Below, piece by piece: positions 1 through 8,607 of a stretch of 49,419 bases of DNA. The notes under the pieces are model-generated. The model saw only the letters and a list, made by a program, of their open reading frames with translations, did not search any database and was not told where the DNA came from. The stretch's first letter is position 1. Each line of letters opens with the position of its first letter. A program made the translations under genes and the position numbers. The stretch is from Nanobdellota archaeon (lineage in GTDB: Archaea > Nanobdellota > Nanobdellia > Woesearchaeales > WJIZ01): NCBI GenBank assembly GCA_030647105.1, contig JAUSJW010000112.1, positions 1 through 49,419 on the forward strand. Reading direction: 5' to 3'.

Positions 1-25
1 TAAACTGAAATTTGGCGATGTTATA

Positions 26-129
26 GAAATCGTCGCGGACAAGTAATTCTTGCCGGGCGGCTTTAGCCGTCCACTTTCGCCAGGCCTTTTGAAAAGGCTG
101 TTTGAGATCGTCGCGGACAAGTAACTCTT
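26..129 (+). repeat. 26-nt imperfect direct repeat (copies 26-51 and 104-129, 24/26 identical) separated by a 52-nt GC-rich hairpin-containing insert
   Basis: GAAATCGTCGCGGACAAGTAATTCTT vs GAGATCGTCGCGGACAAGTAACTCTT read directly. Both copies end the same reading frame as ...EIVADK-TAA (stops 44-46 and 122-124), so the 3' end of an ORF entering from the left edge is duplicated. Confidence 0.85.
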
Positions 130-132
130 ATA

Positions 133-206
133 GCAAAGAACATTAATAATTGGACTGTTCTTTGCTTATTACGAAAGAACAATTTTTGTACAATTATTTT
201 TGTTCT
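133..206. repeat. Two inverted repeats built on AGAACA/TGTTCT (possible bidirectional terminator or binding site)
   Basis: GCAAAGAACA 133-142 pairs with TGTTCTTTGC 156-165. AGAACAA 176-182 pairs with TTGTTCT 200-206. The region lies between the duplicated ORF end and the stop of the minus-strand CDS at 212. Confidence 0.6.
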
Positions 207-211
207 TGAGT

Positions 212-1105
212 CTAGTTTATCTCATGAATAACTTCGAAGGGCTTGGGGGACAAGGGAGATTGCGGACACCGGTTCATTCCAAAGTGGAAGATACTATAAG
301 CGAGGTTATCTCCAAGGCTTTCAAAAGCTTTTGTTTGCGAAGAGTAGAGGTTAATCCCTTCTATTTTCGCGCTAAACGCTCGCTCAGGAAGTGCTATTTC
401 ACGTTTAGTCAGATGTAACCCGTCATACCGTTCAGCAAGCAGAGTATCCAGTGTTATGTCACCGTCACCGAACCTTGTGTAGGTGTACGGCAAATCCTCA
501 TAGAAATAACCATGCGCGTTAGTATGGCTGGTAGTCGTTATAGCACGCACAAAAGATTGAGACACCAAGAGATGGTCAGCATGGGTGACTTTGTCGCCAA
601 AATAAGCGGGGCCAATAACAACCACAGGAGCGCCGTTTACTGAATCAATAATCTGAGTGATATCCCCTGTTATTGAGTTGATAAGGGAAGTGTTGTCTGA
701 ATCTGACCTTGTTTCATACTGATTATCCACATACCCCAGATTGATAGCGCGGGCTCCGAGCAGATTCGCGGCGTTGGCATTTTCTTGTTTGCGGGTTTCG
801 TTCGCTTCAGTGCTATTATTAAATCCTGACCGCACATCCCAGTTTGTCAGGTAGTGCACGGTGGTCGGCGGCGCGGCGAAAAACGTGACGATGTATTTTG
901 GCCCGTCAAATGCGGAGATGATGCCACCGACAGATAACACCGCGTCATCAAAATGAGGCGATAACACGATAAGCGTAGTTTCTTGTACTTCGGGGGTTGC
1001 GGCCTCCTTTTGAGAATATTCGGGCATCCCCGCTCCTTGAGTAGCGCATCCGCCAAGCGCTAGAAGTAGTCCATTCCTCACGATTCTAGCTAACTTGTTA
1101 CCCAT
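212..1105 (-). CDS. PIG-L/LmbE-family N-acetylglucosaminyl deacetylase, probable lipoprotein
   Basis: 297-aa ORF with a lipobox-like N-terminus (LLLALGGC). It carries the PIG-L signature LSPHFDDAVLSVGG and a later HADH motif. Two TTATAAAC boxes (1129-1136, 1142-1149) sit about 25-40 nt upstream of ATG 1105. The gene looks more AT-rich than its neighbours. Confidence 0.75.
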   Translation of the reverse strand: MGNKLARIVRNGLLLALGGCATQGAGMPEYSQKEAATPEVQETTLIVLSPHFDDAVLSVGGIISAFDGPKYIVTFFAAPPTTVHYLTNWDVRSGFNNSTEANETRKQENANAANLLGARAINLGYVDNQYETRSDSDNTSLINSITGDITQIIDSVNGAPVVVIGPAYFGDKVTHADHLLVSQSFVRAITTTSHTNAHGYFYEDLPYTYTRFGDGDITLDTLLAERYDGLHLTKREIALPERAFSAKIEGINLYSSQTKAFESLGDNLAYSIFHFGMNRCPQSPLSPKPFEVIHEIN

Positions 1106-1201
1106 GTTGGTTAGGAGGGGACCATAGCTTATAAACGCGTGTTATAAACACCGCGGAATGGCCTCTTCTCGTGGAGTTTTGGCATCGCTCATTTTTTCAA
1201 T

Positions 1202-2491
1202 TCATATCCGTTTTACGATTTCATAGAGTATGCTTACCTGGCGTTCTACCGATTGCTCATCAGGATGGAATGTTCCATGAAGAGCGCCAGCATCGTTCCC
1301 TCCAGAAGTAAAGAAGTGCAGGATGCGCTCTGCGCCCGGAGGGTAAAGCGAAGGGTCAGCCCAGGGCAAAGAGATAGGCCCGGCCCACGCCGTTTCATCT
1401 CTAAACTTTGCAGCTTCCGGTTTGACCGTTAATCCGAGCGCTGCTGCGGATTCGCGCGCAATCCTCACAAGGCCGCTGTCGTTGACAACAGGAGGCGCTT
1501 CAAGCTCAATGGTGGCGTCATGCGTTTCCATGAACTTGTGAAACATTCCTAACGCATATTCTCCAACAATGCGGCTGATGCCTGTCACGGTAGCATGCTC
1601 TGCCAAGCTATTTAATTCGCAAGGGGAGGTTTCAACCCTGCTCGCTTCGACGTGCCCATAGCTTCCGTCCGGCAGCCACGCGAACATTCTTTTGAGGAGC
1701 ATCAAATCATTACGGAAGTCAAGTTCAGCATTCAGGGGATTTTTTCCCTGCCAAGGGAGCGCTGCGTGCGCCGAAACGCCCTCACTCTTGTACGTAAACC
1801 GGTATGCCGCCGCCGTTCCAAACCCTTCGCTGATGCGCGCTTCTCCGTCTTTAAGGGACGTGTCGATATGGCACGACACAATGGCTGGAGCGTCATGATA
1901 AATCCCCTTTGCTCGCAAATATTGCCCGCCTCCGAACCCCTTCGGATGAACATACCCATCGTGCGCGTTGCCAGGGCCTTCCTCGGCGGGCTGGAAGATG
2001 AAGCCGACATCTTCGATTCCATTTTCCTTCAGGCGCCGAGCGAGTGTGAGCATGCTCGCCATGTTCACCGCATGCCCGCAATGATGGCCATAGAAACCAC
2101 TGCCTAGCGAGATAGCGTCGAGGTCGCAGCGGAGGTAGACTTTCGGAGAGTCTTTTCCAGCCATAACCAGTTCTGTTTCATGTGGTTTTTGCCCTGAGCG
2201 CGCGTCAAGCCGGAATCCAAGAGACAGCATCGCGTCTCCGATAAAACTTGCAGTGCCATACTCTCTATAAGAGGGTTCAGCGAGCCTTTGCAGAACTTCA
2301 ACGATATTCTGCGGGTGAACGGGCATCGCGTCTGAAAGCTCTTTCCGCCACGGTTCTTGGGTGGAGACGCGTTCACGTTGCACCTCGGCCCACAACTCAT
2401 GCTTCTCTTCAACTGCAGTCGTATAGGGAAACGAATACTGAATCGCGAATACGCGACTCGCGTGGACGGGTGCGGGATGTTCCTTGTTCAT
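1202..2491 (-). CDS. M20-family amidohydrolase/peptidase (aminoacylase/hippurate-hydrolase type)
   Basis: Motifs HCGHAVN and FIFQPAEEG are typical of M20D enzymes. The ORF-track start at 2497 is GTG; the first ATG is at 2491 (MNKEHPAP). Confidence 0.8.
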   Translation of the reverse strand: MNKEHPAPVHASRVFAIQYSFPYTTAVEEKHELWAEVQRERVSTQEPWRKELSDAMPVHPQNIVEVLQRLAEPSYREYGTASFIGDAMLSLGFRLDARSGQKPHETELVMAGKDSPKVYLRCDLDAISLGSGFYGHHCGHAVNMASMLTLARRLKENGIEDVGFIFQPAEEGPGNAHDGYVHPKGFGGGQYLRAKGIYHDAPAIVSCHIDTSLKDGEARISEGFGTAAAYRFTYKSEGVSAHAALPWQGKNPLNAELDFRNDLMLLKRMFAWLPDGSYGHVEASRVETSPCELNSLAEHATVTGISRIVGEYALGMFHKFMETHDATIELEAPPVVNDSGLVRIARESAAALGLTVKPEAAKFRDETAWAGPISLPWADPSLYPPGAERILHFFTSGGNDAGALHGTFHPDEQSVERQVSILYEIVKRI

Positions 2492-2528
2492 TCTCACTAG
2501 GTAGTAAACGAGAACCTAAGAATCTTTA

Positions 2529-2652
2529 TAGTCACAAAAGTGATTACAAAAGAAACCTTTTTATATCTCCCTTTCCTTTTTAGATAGGTAAACTCGATTC
2601 GATACTAAAAGAGTAGTCACAAAAGTGATTATAAAAGAAACCCTTTTATATC
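2529..2652 (+). promoter_or_regulatory. Tandem duplication of a 39-nt module (palindrome TCAC-N4-GTGA plus BRE/TATA box); the distal copy is 2529-2567 and the proximal copy is 2614-2652
   Basis: TAGTCACAAAAGTGATTACAAAAGAAACCTTTTTATATC vs TAGTCACAAAAGTGATTATAAAAGAAACCCTTTTATATC. The proximal TATA is centred about 26 nt upstream of ATG 2674. Palindromes are at 2532-2543 and 2617-2628. Confidence 0.7.
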
Positions 2653-2673
2653 CGCGAGCTATTTGAGCCTGCA

Positions 2674-3429
2674 ATGGACACCTCCATCCTTGAAGACCTC
2701 GGCCTCACAGGCGCGGAAATCAAGGTCTTCCTCGCGCTTTTAGAGCTGGGTTCGACGAACGCCGGAAGCGTAGTCGAGAAATCAGGCCTGCAGAACGCCG
2801 TTGTGCACCGCGCCTTCCACTCGCTCGCCGAAAAGGGCCTGGTGAGCTCGATTCTGGAGGGGAAAATCAGGCGCTACAGCGCCGCGAATCCCTCCCACCT
2901 TCTTGAGTTTGTCGACGAGAAAAAATCGCGGCTTCAGACCTTGCTCCCGGAATTGGAACTCAAGCGAAAAATGGCGAAAACAGCCCCCCAAGCCACGCTG
3001 TTCCAGGGCGTTCGCGGCACCAAGGAACTCTTGTACAGCCTGCTTGAGACAGGGGGAAAAGAATATGCCTCGTATGGCGGCCCCATACAATCAAATGAGG
3101 CGCTAGGCGAATATTTCTGGGAATCGTTCCATAATCGAAGAATCAAGAAAGGAGTAACAGCGAAACTGCTCTTCCACACTTCATTGAATTCTTGGGGGGT
3201 CCAGCTGAGCAAGAAAAAGAAAACCCAGGTCCGCCTCACTTCTCAAGCGCTGGAAGGCCTCACGGAAACGATTATTTGCGGCAATCGGGTCGGGATTGTT
3301 CTTTGGATGGAAAAGCCGTATGGATTTCTCATGGAAGATAAGGCAGTCGCGGACTCGTATCGCAAATTCTTCGATGTGCTCTGGAATTCAGCGCCCGAGA
3401 CGCGGTCCTTGAAGGAGGAAAAATGGTAA
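2674..3429 (+). CDS. TrmB-family transcriptional regulator
   Basis: The N-terminal winged HTH (LGLTGAEIKVFLALLELGSTNAGSVVEKSGLQNAVVHRAFHSLAEKGLV) followed by a coiled linker and C-terminal domain is the typical TrmB layout. Confidence 0.8.
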   Translation: MDTSILEDLGLTGAEIKVFLALLELGSTNAGSVVEKSGLQNAVVHRAFHSLAEKGLVSSILEGKIRRYSAANPSHLLEFVDEKKSRLQTLLPELELKRKMAKTAPQATLFQGVRGTKELLYSLLETGGKEYASYGGPIQSNEALGEYFWESFHNRRIKKGVTAKLLFHTSLNSWGVQLSKKKKTQVRLTSQALEGLTETIICGNRVGIVLWMEKPYGFLMEDKAVADSYRKFFDVLWNSAPETRSLKEEKW

Positions 3430-5075
3430 GGAAGAATGTAGTTAAGAGGCGCTCTCGTATGGGCAATGTCCGCGCGCAGGTGAGCGCCTTCCTTATCATC
3501 TCGATTCTGGCCGCAGCCATCATCGCCGGAGCGTACCTCCTCCGTGACTCCTCGTCTACAAACCAAGGCGAAACAGTTAGCGACACAGCCCTCTCTGAAC
3601 AGTTTGAGCGCCTGCCCATTCGCAACGCCATCGAAGCATGCGTCGATAAAACCGCGATGGACGGCATCGCGCTCCTAGGGGCGCAAGGCGGATACCTCCA
3701 GCTTGAGCCGATTTTGAGCGCTTATCAGACCGCGTATTGGTATCTCGACCAGGTCAATGTCCAGCCGACTCTTGAAGAGATGCGGCTCAGGCTAGAATCG
3801 TATCTGAACACACATCTTCCTTCCTGCGTCGATTTCAGCTCGTTCAGGGCGCAGGGATTTGGCATCGTCTCCGGCGCGGTTCAGAGCGCGGTCTCGTTCA
3901 ACAAGGAAGATGTCACCGTGGGCATTGTCTATCCTGTCCAGGTGGAAAACAATGTTCAACTGAGCCGCGAGGAGCGCTTCACCTCGACGCTCGACGTGCG
4001 CTTCAGAAGGATATTCGAAGCCGCCTCGACGCTGGTCAACATTCAGCTTGATCCTCGCTTTGACTTCACGCGGCCGCTCGCCCTGGCTCCACTCGGTAAA
4101 TTCCAGGTGGATGTGCGTCCCGAAACTGACACGCTAGTCTATACCTTAACAGACCCCCAACCGACAAGATGGGGGACCCATATGCAAATGCGCTTTGCCA
4201 GTCGATTTCAGAAATCTGAACTCGACAGGAGCCTGCGGCTCCACCCGGGAAGCAATACCCAGCAGTTGTTTTTCCCCCTCACGCTCTATTCTGTTGACCG
4301 GCTCGCGGAATTACACCTCTTGCCTGGAACGACGGTCTCCCTCAATTCAGGGCCCGTGCAAACACTGACCGTCGAACGGCAAGACCTCACAGAGATTACC
4401 AGACCCAATACTCCCTTCATCGAGCACGCCGACGATTCTGTCACGTATGGCGACCTCACCTGGCAGCTTACCTACCCACAATATAGTTTTGGTCCCGCGG
4501 GGACGCGTTTTAACCAGCCAGAGAATCTGCGTATCTATTGGGACGAGGAAAAGACGCCTCATGTTGGAAATATGGGCTTGTTATACCAGTCGGGCGATGT
4601 CCTGCGCCCGATTCCCTGCAAGGTGAACTATCAGGAGTACTATGTGGAGGCGCAAATTATCGGGTTTAGCGAATATGTCCCCATAGATTGCGGGGTGCTG
4701 GGGCCCAAAGCGGTGAGCGCAAAGGCTGAGAACAAGCCCAGTGTCCCTCTCTGTCTCGTTCTTTCTACCTTGGCTATAGTCTCAACGGTGCTGGATTTTA
4801 TCACTTTTGGTCTCATCGACCCTGATTTTCCGGCGAAGCTTGCCGGGTATCGCAGCGAAGAGAACTGCATCAACTTCGTCCCGGCTTGCGACCAGACAGT
4901 CAGTGTGTATGGAGACGAAAAAGACGGTGATGGTTCCTGCTCCCTCAAAGAAGGGGCTAACAATGTGAACGGGGGGAATGAAATCAAATTTTGCGCCAAG
5001 ATCAAGAAGTGTGACAGGATGAGCCGCCTCCTCTGCAAGAAATGCAGTATGGAATGCTCGACGAGTTACGTATGA
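3423..5075 (+). CDS. Envelope protein with candidate class III (prepilin-like) signal peptide, a second hydrophobic segment and a Cys-rich C-terminal tail
   Basis: The ATG overlaps the TrmB stop (ATGGTAA). A basic leader is followed by RA-QVSAFLIISILAAAIIAG. The C-terminus has a hydrophobic stretch PLCLVLSTLAIVSTVLDFITFGLI and then many Cys residues. I recognise no family. Confidence 0.55.
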   Translation: MVRKNVVKRRSRMGNVRAQVSAFLIISILAAAIIAGAYLLRDSSSTNQGETVSDTALSEQFERLPIRNAIEACVDKTAMDGIALLGAQGGYLQLEPILSAYQTAYWYLDQVNVQPTLEEMRLRLESYLNTHLPSCVDFSSFRAQGFGIVSGAVQSAVSFNKEDVTVGIVYPVQVENNVQLSREERFTSTLDVRFRRIFEAASTLVNIQLDPRFDFTRPLALAPLGKFQVDVRPETDTLVYTLTDPQPTRWGTHMQMRFASRFQKSELDRSLRLHPGSNTQQLFFPLTLYSVDRLAELHLLPGTTVSLNSGPVQTLTVERQDLTEITRPNTPFIEHADDSVTYGDLTWQLTYPQYSFGPAGTRFNQPENLRIYWDEEKTPHVGNMGLLYQSGDVLRPIPCKVNYQEYYVEAQIIGFSEYVPIDCGVLGPKAVSAKAENKPSVPLCLVLSTLAIVSTVLDFITFGLIDPDFPAKLAGYRSEENCINFVPACDQTVSVYGDEKDGDGSCSLKEGANNVNGGNEIKFCAKIKKCDRMSRLLCKKCSMECSTSYV

Positions 5076-6718
5076 AGACTGCAATCATGATTGGTTTAGG
5101 GGTGGTGCTCTTGGCGATAGCGCTGCTGAAGCCCTCAACCACTGGATTTGCCAGTGTCGACCCGGTAGGATGCTGTGCCACTGTCTGCCAGCAGACCCCC
5201 TCTTTGGGCTGTCCCGACGGGTTTTACGCGGGCAGGGACTGCAAGGAAGTGGCGGCGTGCGAAGTCGGATGCTGCATAGACCGCGAAGGGTATTGTTTGG
5301 GCAACTACTTGAGATCAAATTGCGCGAAGGCGGAAGGGGAGTTCATCTTGATTTCTGAATGTAAAGAGACCTTAGTCTGCCTCCAAGAAAAAGACGCCGC
5401 CTCTTTGCAAGGCCCCACAGGATACGTCGCTAAGTACCGCTCCTCTGACAAAGGCGCGGGTTTCACCTGGCCCAGCGCGGGGAAACGAGGGGACAGCGTC
5501 CTCATCGGGATGCAGGACTTCGGCACCGCGCAACAGGTCGAGGCAGAACTCTCCATAGGGGCCTACCAAGAACGATTTGCGCTCTATGACGACGGCTCGC
5601 ATGGGGATGGAGAGCCTCAAGACCAGCTCTGGGCGGCAGTCTGGCAGAGCGCAAGGGCGCCAGCACTGAGCGGGATATCGCCTGTGCAAATCAGCTTTCG
5701 AGTTGATGGCGAGCCCGGCAGTTCGGCGGTCTTTTTCCTCTCTTCAACTGATTGCGTTCCCTATCGCATGCCCTGGTCTGACCCGGGAGCGAGGAAAGAT
5801 ATTGTCCTTGTCGACGCTATCAACACTCCGCACTTCGCGGCGAGCGCTGACAGCCTGGTACGCCAGCTCGAAACAAGATACGGAACTGGCCTCGATCAGG
5901 CGAATGTCTATGCTCTGAAATTGCCAGCCACCACTTCAGACCGCGCTGAAATCAGGAGCGCTGTCTTGTCAGCCTGCCCCTTCTTTGACTCTGCGCAAGA
6001 TAGCGTCGTTGCGTTTTCGGCGATAGACGCGTGCGAGCAAGATGGGGAACTGGTCGTCGTGAATCCCCTTTTCGGGTTCAGGGAGGCGATAGCGCAGGAG
6101 TCCCTTTCAGACCTCCTCGCGCGGTTCTGCGACACCGCGGTCACGCAGTCGATGGTCGAGCAAGAGATTCAGGATTCACTTGAGGATATTCCCGTTCGGA
6201 TACTCGCTCCACTGCCGGGTTTGTTCACCTCCCAGCAGCTGCTCTTCTCGTTTATCGTTGACGAAGACAGTGATGCCTCTTTGTCTTATACAATCTATCT
6301 CGACACTTATGACCCCGCTATGGTACTGGCTCAGGGGAGCGCATCCGCCAACAGCCAAATTGATTCCGCGCTCACGGTCATCGATGGTACGCATGACCTC
6401 ATCTTAGAAGTGGAGGACTCCGAAGGCCGCAAAGGGTACGCGAGCGTGGAGGTCAACATGGATGAAGCGAATTTCATCGCGGATGCGCAATTCGAAGCAA
6501 CCTCGGCCACGCTCACCTTCACGCATCTCTCGGATTTTTCAGTCACCTACCAGATTCTTGGCGACGGAGAACTCATGAGTTCAGGCTCCGCGAACGTCGA
6601 AGCTCCAGAGTACGTCGCGCTCAATCTCGCGCAAGGAACGCACACGCTCCAGGTTGTCGCTGAGGACAGCGCGGGAAGAAAGGCGCTCACAATTCCGGAA
6701 GAGGTGGAGGTTCCATGA
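5072..6718 (+). CDS. Membrane-anchored/secreted Cys-rich protein with two Ig-like C-terminal repeats
   Basis: I place the start at ATG 5072, which overlaps the upstream stop (ATGA), giving MKTAIMIGLGVVLLAIALL. A Cys-rich block follows (GCCATVCQQ...CEVGCCIDREGYC). Two similar segments occur near the C-terminus (...GTHDLILEVEDSEGRK... and ...GTHTLQVVAEDSAGRK...). Confidence 0.55.
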   Translation: MKTAIMIGLGVVLLAIALLKPSTTGFASVDPVGCCATVCQQTPSLGCPDGFYAGRDCKEVAACEVGCCIDREGYCLGNYLRSNCAKAEGEFILISECKETLVCLQEKDAASLQGPTGYVAKYRSSDKGAGFTWPSAGKRGDSVLIGMQDFGTAQQVEAELSIGAYQERFALYDDGSHGDGEPQDQLWAAVWQSARAPALSGISPVQISFRVDGEPGSSAVFFLSSTDCVPYRMPWSDPGARKDIVLVDAINTPHFAASADSLVRQLETRYGTGLDQANVYALKLPATTSDRAEIRSAVLSACPFFDSAQDSVVAFSAIDACEQDGELVVVNPLFGFREAIAQESLSDLLARFCDTAVTQSMVEQEIQDSLEDIPVRILAPLPGLFTSQQLLFSFIVDEDSDASLSYTIYLDTYDPAMVLAQGSASANSQIDSALTVIDGTHDLILEVEDSEGRKGYASVEVNMDEANFIADAQFEATSATLTFTHLSDFSVTYQILGDGELMSSGSANVEAPEYVALNLAQGTHTLQVVAEDSAGRKALTIPEEVEVP

Positions 6719-7536
6719 ACAAACTATCCCTCCTTCCTTTGCTCGCCCTCCTCCTGATAGCGACAGCGTACGCTGACAAGGCGTACCAAGTGAATCTGGT
6801 CGTTTTCGACAGTGAGCTCGCGTTCAGTGGTGTGCGGCTCATCGAAGGGGAACCCTTTGCTCCTTCTACAGGCGATAAGACATTTACTGCGGAGGTCTGG
6901 GATCAGGCAGGGGTGGTACTTGCGACAACAGGGTTCTCTTCCTCGCTCAATGGCCCGCTTGAAGTCTTTATCCCCTACCAGCCCAGAGGCGCTACCATCG
7001 CGGTGCGTGATGAGGGGCAGAAAGAGCTCTTCAGATTCACGGTGCTTCCGTTCGCGGACACGTGCGGCGATACGCAATGCGACGCCCAGGAAAGCCGAGA
7101 AACCTGCCCCAGGGATTGCCCAGGCGGCGGAAAGGATGATTTTTGCGACAAAGAGCGTGATGGGGTTTGCGACCCGGACTGTGGCAGCCTTGATGAGGAC
7201 TGCGACGCGCGGCCTGTTGTGAGCACATCTCCTCTCGCCCCTCCGCCTGTCAAAACCCCTACCTTGAAAAAAGTCGTTTCGAAAACCCCGCCACAACAAA
7301 GCCCCGCCGGAAGCATGCTCGGAATGCTTGTCGGAGCCATCGCGCTCTCTATGGCGGTTCTCACCGCGGGCGGATGGGTCATCGTAAGAAAAAAAGGGCA
7401 GGAGAAGAAGATGCTCCGCTCCACCATCGCGAACTGGATGCGGGCGGGCTACGCGCCGATGCAAATACGGCAGGCGCTCGCGCAGAAGAACTATCCAGGA
7501 AAAGTTATTGATAGCCTTTTTGAGGAGCTGCGCTGA
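6715..7536 (+). CDS. Secreted protein with a Cys/Asp-rich module, Pro-rich stalk and C-terminal TM anchor
   Basis: ATGA overlap with the upstream stop. Signal peptide LLPLLALLLIATAYA. Module CGDTQCDAQESRETCPRDCPGGGKDDFCDKERDGVCDPDCGSLDEDCD. PPPVKTPT linker, then TM segment MLVGAIALSMAVLTAGGWVIV. Confidence 0.55.
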   Translation: MNKLSLLPLLALLLIATAYADKAYQVNLVVFDSELAFSGVRLIEGEPFAPSTGDKTFTAEVWDQAGVVLATTGFSSSLNGPLEVFIPYQPRGATIAVRDEGQKELFRFTVLPFADTCGDTQCDAQESRETCPRDCPGGGKDDFCDKERDGVCDPDCGSLDEDCDARPVVSTSPLAPPPVKTPTLKKVVSKTPPQQSPAGSMLGMLVGAIALSMAVLTAGGWVIVRKKGQEKKMLRSTIANWMRAGYAPMQIRQALAQKNYPGKVIDSLFEELR

Positions 7537-7630
7537 ACCTCTCTTGTTTTTCGCGGCTAATGGTTAACCACTCTAAAGGGGTTCTCAATTGGTGGCAAGC
7601 TTTATAAGACCCCAGAATCGCCATGTGGGC

Positions 7631-8569
7631 ATGCTCGAAATCTTCCAATATGACGGGGGCGTGAAGCGCATCCAGATAGGGGAAATCGACCGCTCAAAGA
7701 CGGTCTGGGTGGACATGACCGATGTCACCATAGAAGAGCTTGCTCAGGTCAAGGAGATGTTCCTCCTCCACCCCCTCACAGAAGAGGACATCCAGATGAT
7801 GGACGTCCGCATCAAGGTGGAAGAATTCCCCGATTATCTCTTCTGCGTTTTCTACGGTATCGCGAAGGCGGGCGAGAAAGTCCGAATGGTGGAGCTGGAC
7901 ACGGTCGTTGGAAAGAACTTTGTCATCACGAGCCACAAGCAGCCGCTGGTCGGGACGACAGAGCTCAAAAACAATACTCAGCGTCTGGAGAGCCTCTTTC
8001 AGAAGGGGCCGGACTTCATCTTCCACCGCATCCTCGACGTGGAGATCGACCACTATTTCCCCATTCTCGAGCAGATGGAAGATGAAATTGACCGTCTTGA
8101 GGAGGAAGTGACTCGCAAGGCCGAGCCGCCCCTGCTCTCAAAGATTCTCATGCTCAAAAGGGAACTGATTCCCATTCGCAAGTATGTCTTCCAGCAGAAG
8201 GACAAGCTCAGCTACATCGCCAAGAACGAGTACGCGTTCATCTCCCGCAGGGCAGTGCCCTATTTCAGGGACGTCCACGACCACACCATTCGTGTCCACG
8301 ACAGCATTGAGAACTACAAGGAAGCGCTCTCGGGAGCGTTCAAGGTGTACATGTCGATGATGTCGAACCACATGAATGAAATCATGAAAACGCTCACTAT
8401 CATGACAACACTCTCGCTCCCTATCATGGCGGTGTCGAGCATCTACGGCATGAATTTCGCGCACTTGCCGGGCGAGGAACAGCCCTGGGGATTCTGGTAT
8501 GTGGTGCTCGTCATGCTGGCGTGCCTCGTCATCACGCTCGTCTTCTTCAAGAAACGGAAATGGTTCTAG
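7631..8569 (+). CDS. corA: CorA-family magnesium/cobalt transporter
   Basis: YGMNF signature (SSIYGMNFAHLPG) and two C-terminal TM helices. TATA TTTATAAG at 7601-7608 lies 27 nt upstream of ATG 7631. The track start at 7589 is TTG and sits upstream of the TATA. Confidence 0.85.
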   Translation: MLEIFQYDGGVKRIQIGEIDRSKTVWVDMTDVTIEELAQVKEMFLLHPLTEEDIQMMDVRIKVEEFPDYLFCVFYGIAKAGEKVRMVELDTVVGKNFVITSHKQPLVGTTELKNNTQRLESLFQKGPDFIFHRILDVEIDHYFPILEQMEDEIDRLEEEVTRKAEPPLLSKILMLKRELIPIRKYVFQQKDKLSYIAKNEYAFISRRAVPYFRDVHDHTIRVHDSIENYKEALSGAFKVYMSMMSNHMNEIMKTLTIMTTLSLPIMAVSSIYGMNFAHLPGEEQPWGFWYVVLVMLACLVITLVFFKKRKWF

Positions 8570-8574
8570 AGGAG

Positions 8575-8591
8575 AACCTTTTTATATCTCC
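8575..8591 (+). promoter_or_regulatory. BRE/TATA promoter core AACCTTTTTATATCTCC
   Basis: The identical 17-mer also occurs at 2554-2570. It is centred about 25 nt upstream of ATG 8608. Confidence 0.65.
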
Positions 8592-8607
8592 AAGGCTCCC
8601 GCGAGGT

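Noticed and set aside
26-129. Possible tail of a CRISPR array (two 26-nt direct repeats)
   Set aside because: There are only two copies, they are imperfect (2 mismatches), and the spacer of 52 nt is atypically long. Both copies are in frame as the C-terminal codons plus stop of an ORF. No cas genes are present in the window. A duplicated gene 3' end explains it better.
6724-7464. 246-aa minus-strand ORF
   Set aside because: It is antisense to the third envelope gene. That gene has a signal peptide, start/stop coupling and a TM anchor, whereas the antisense product is Arg-rich with no features.
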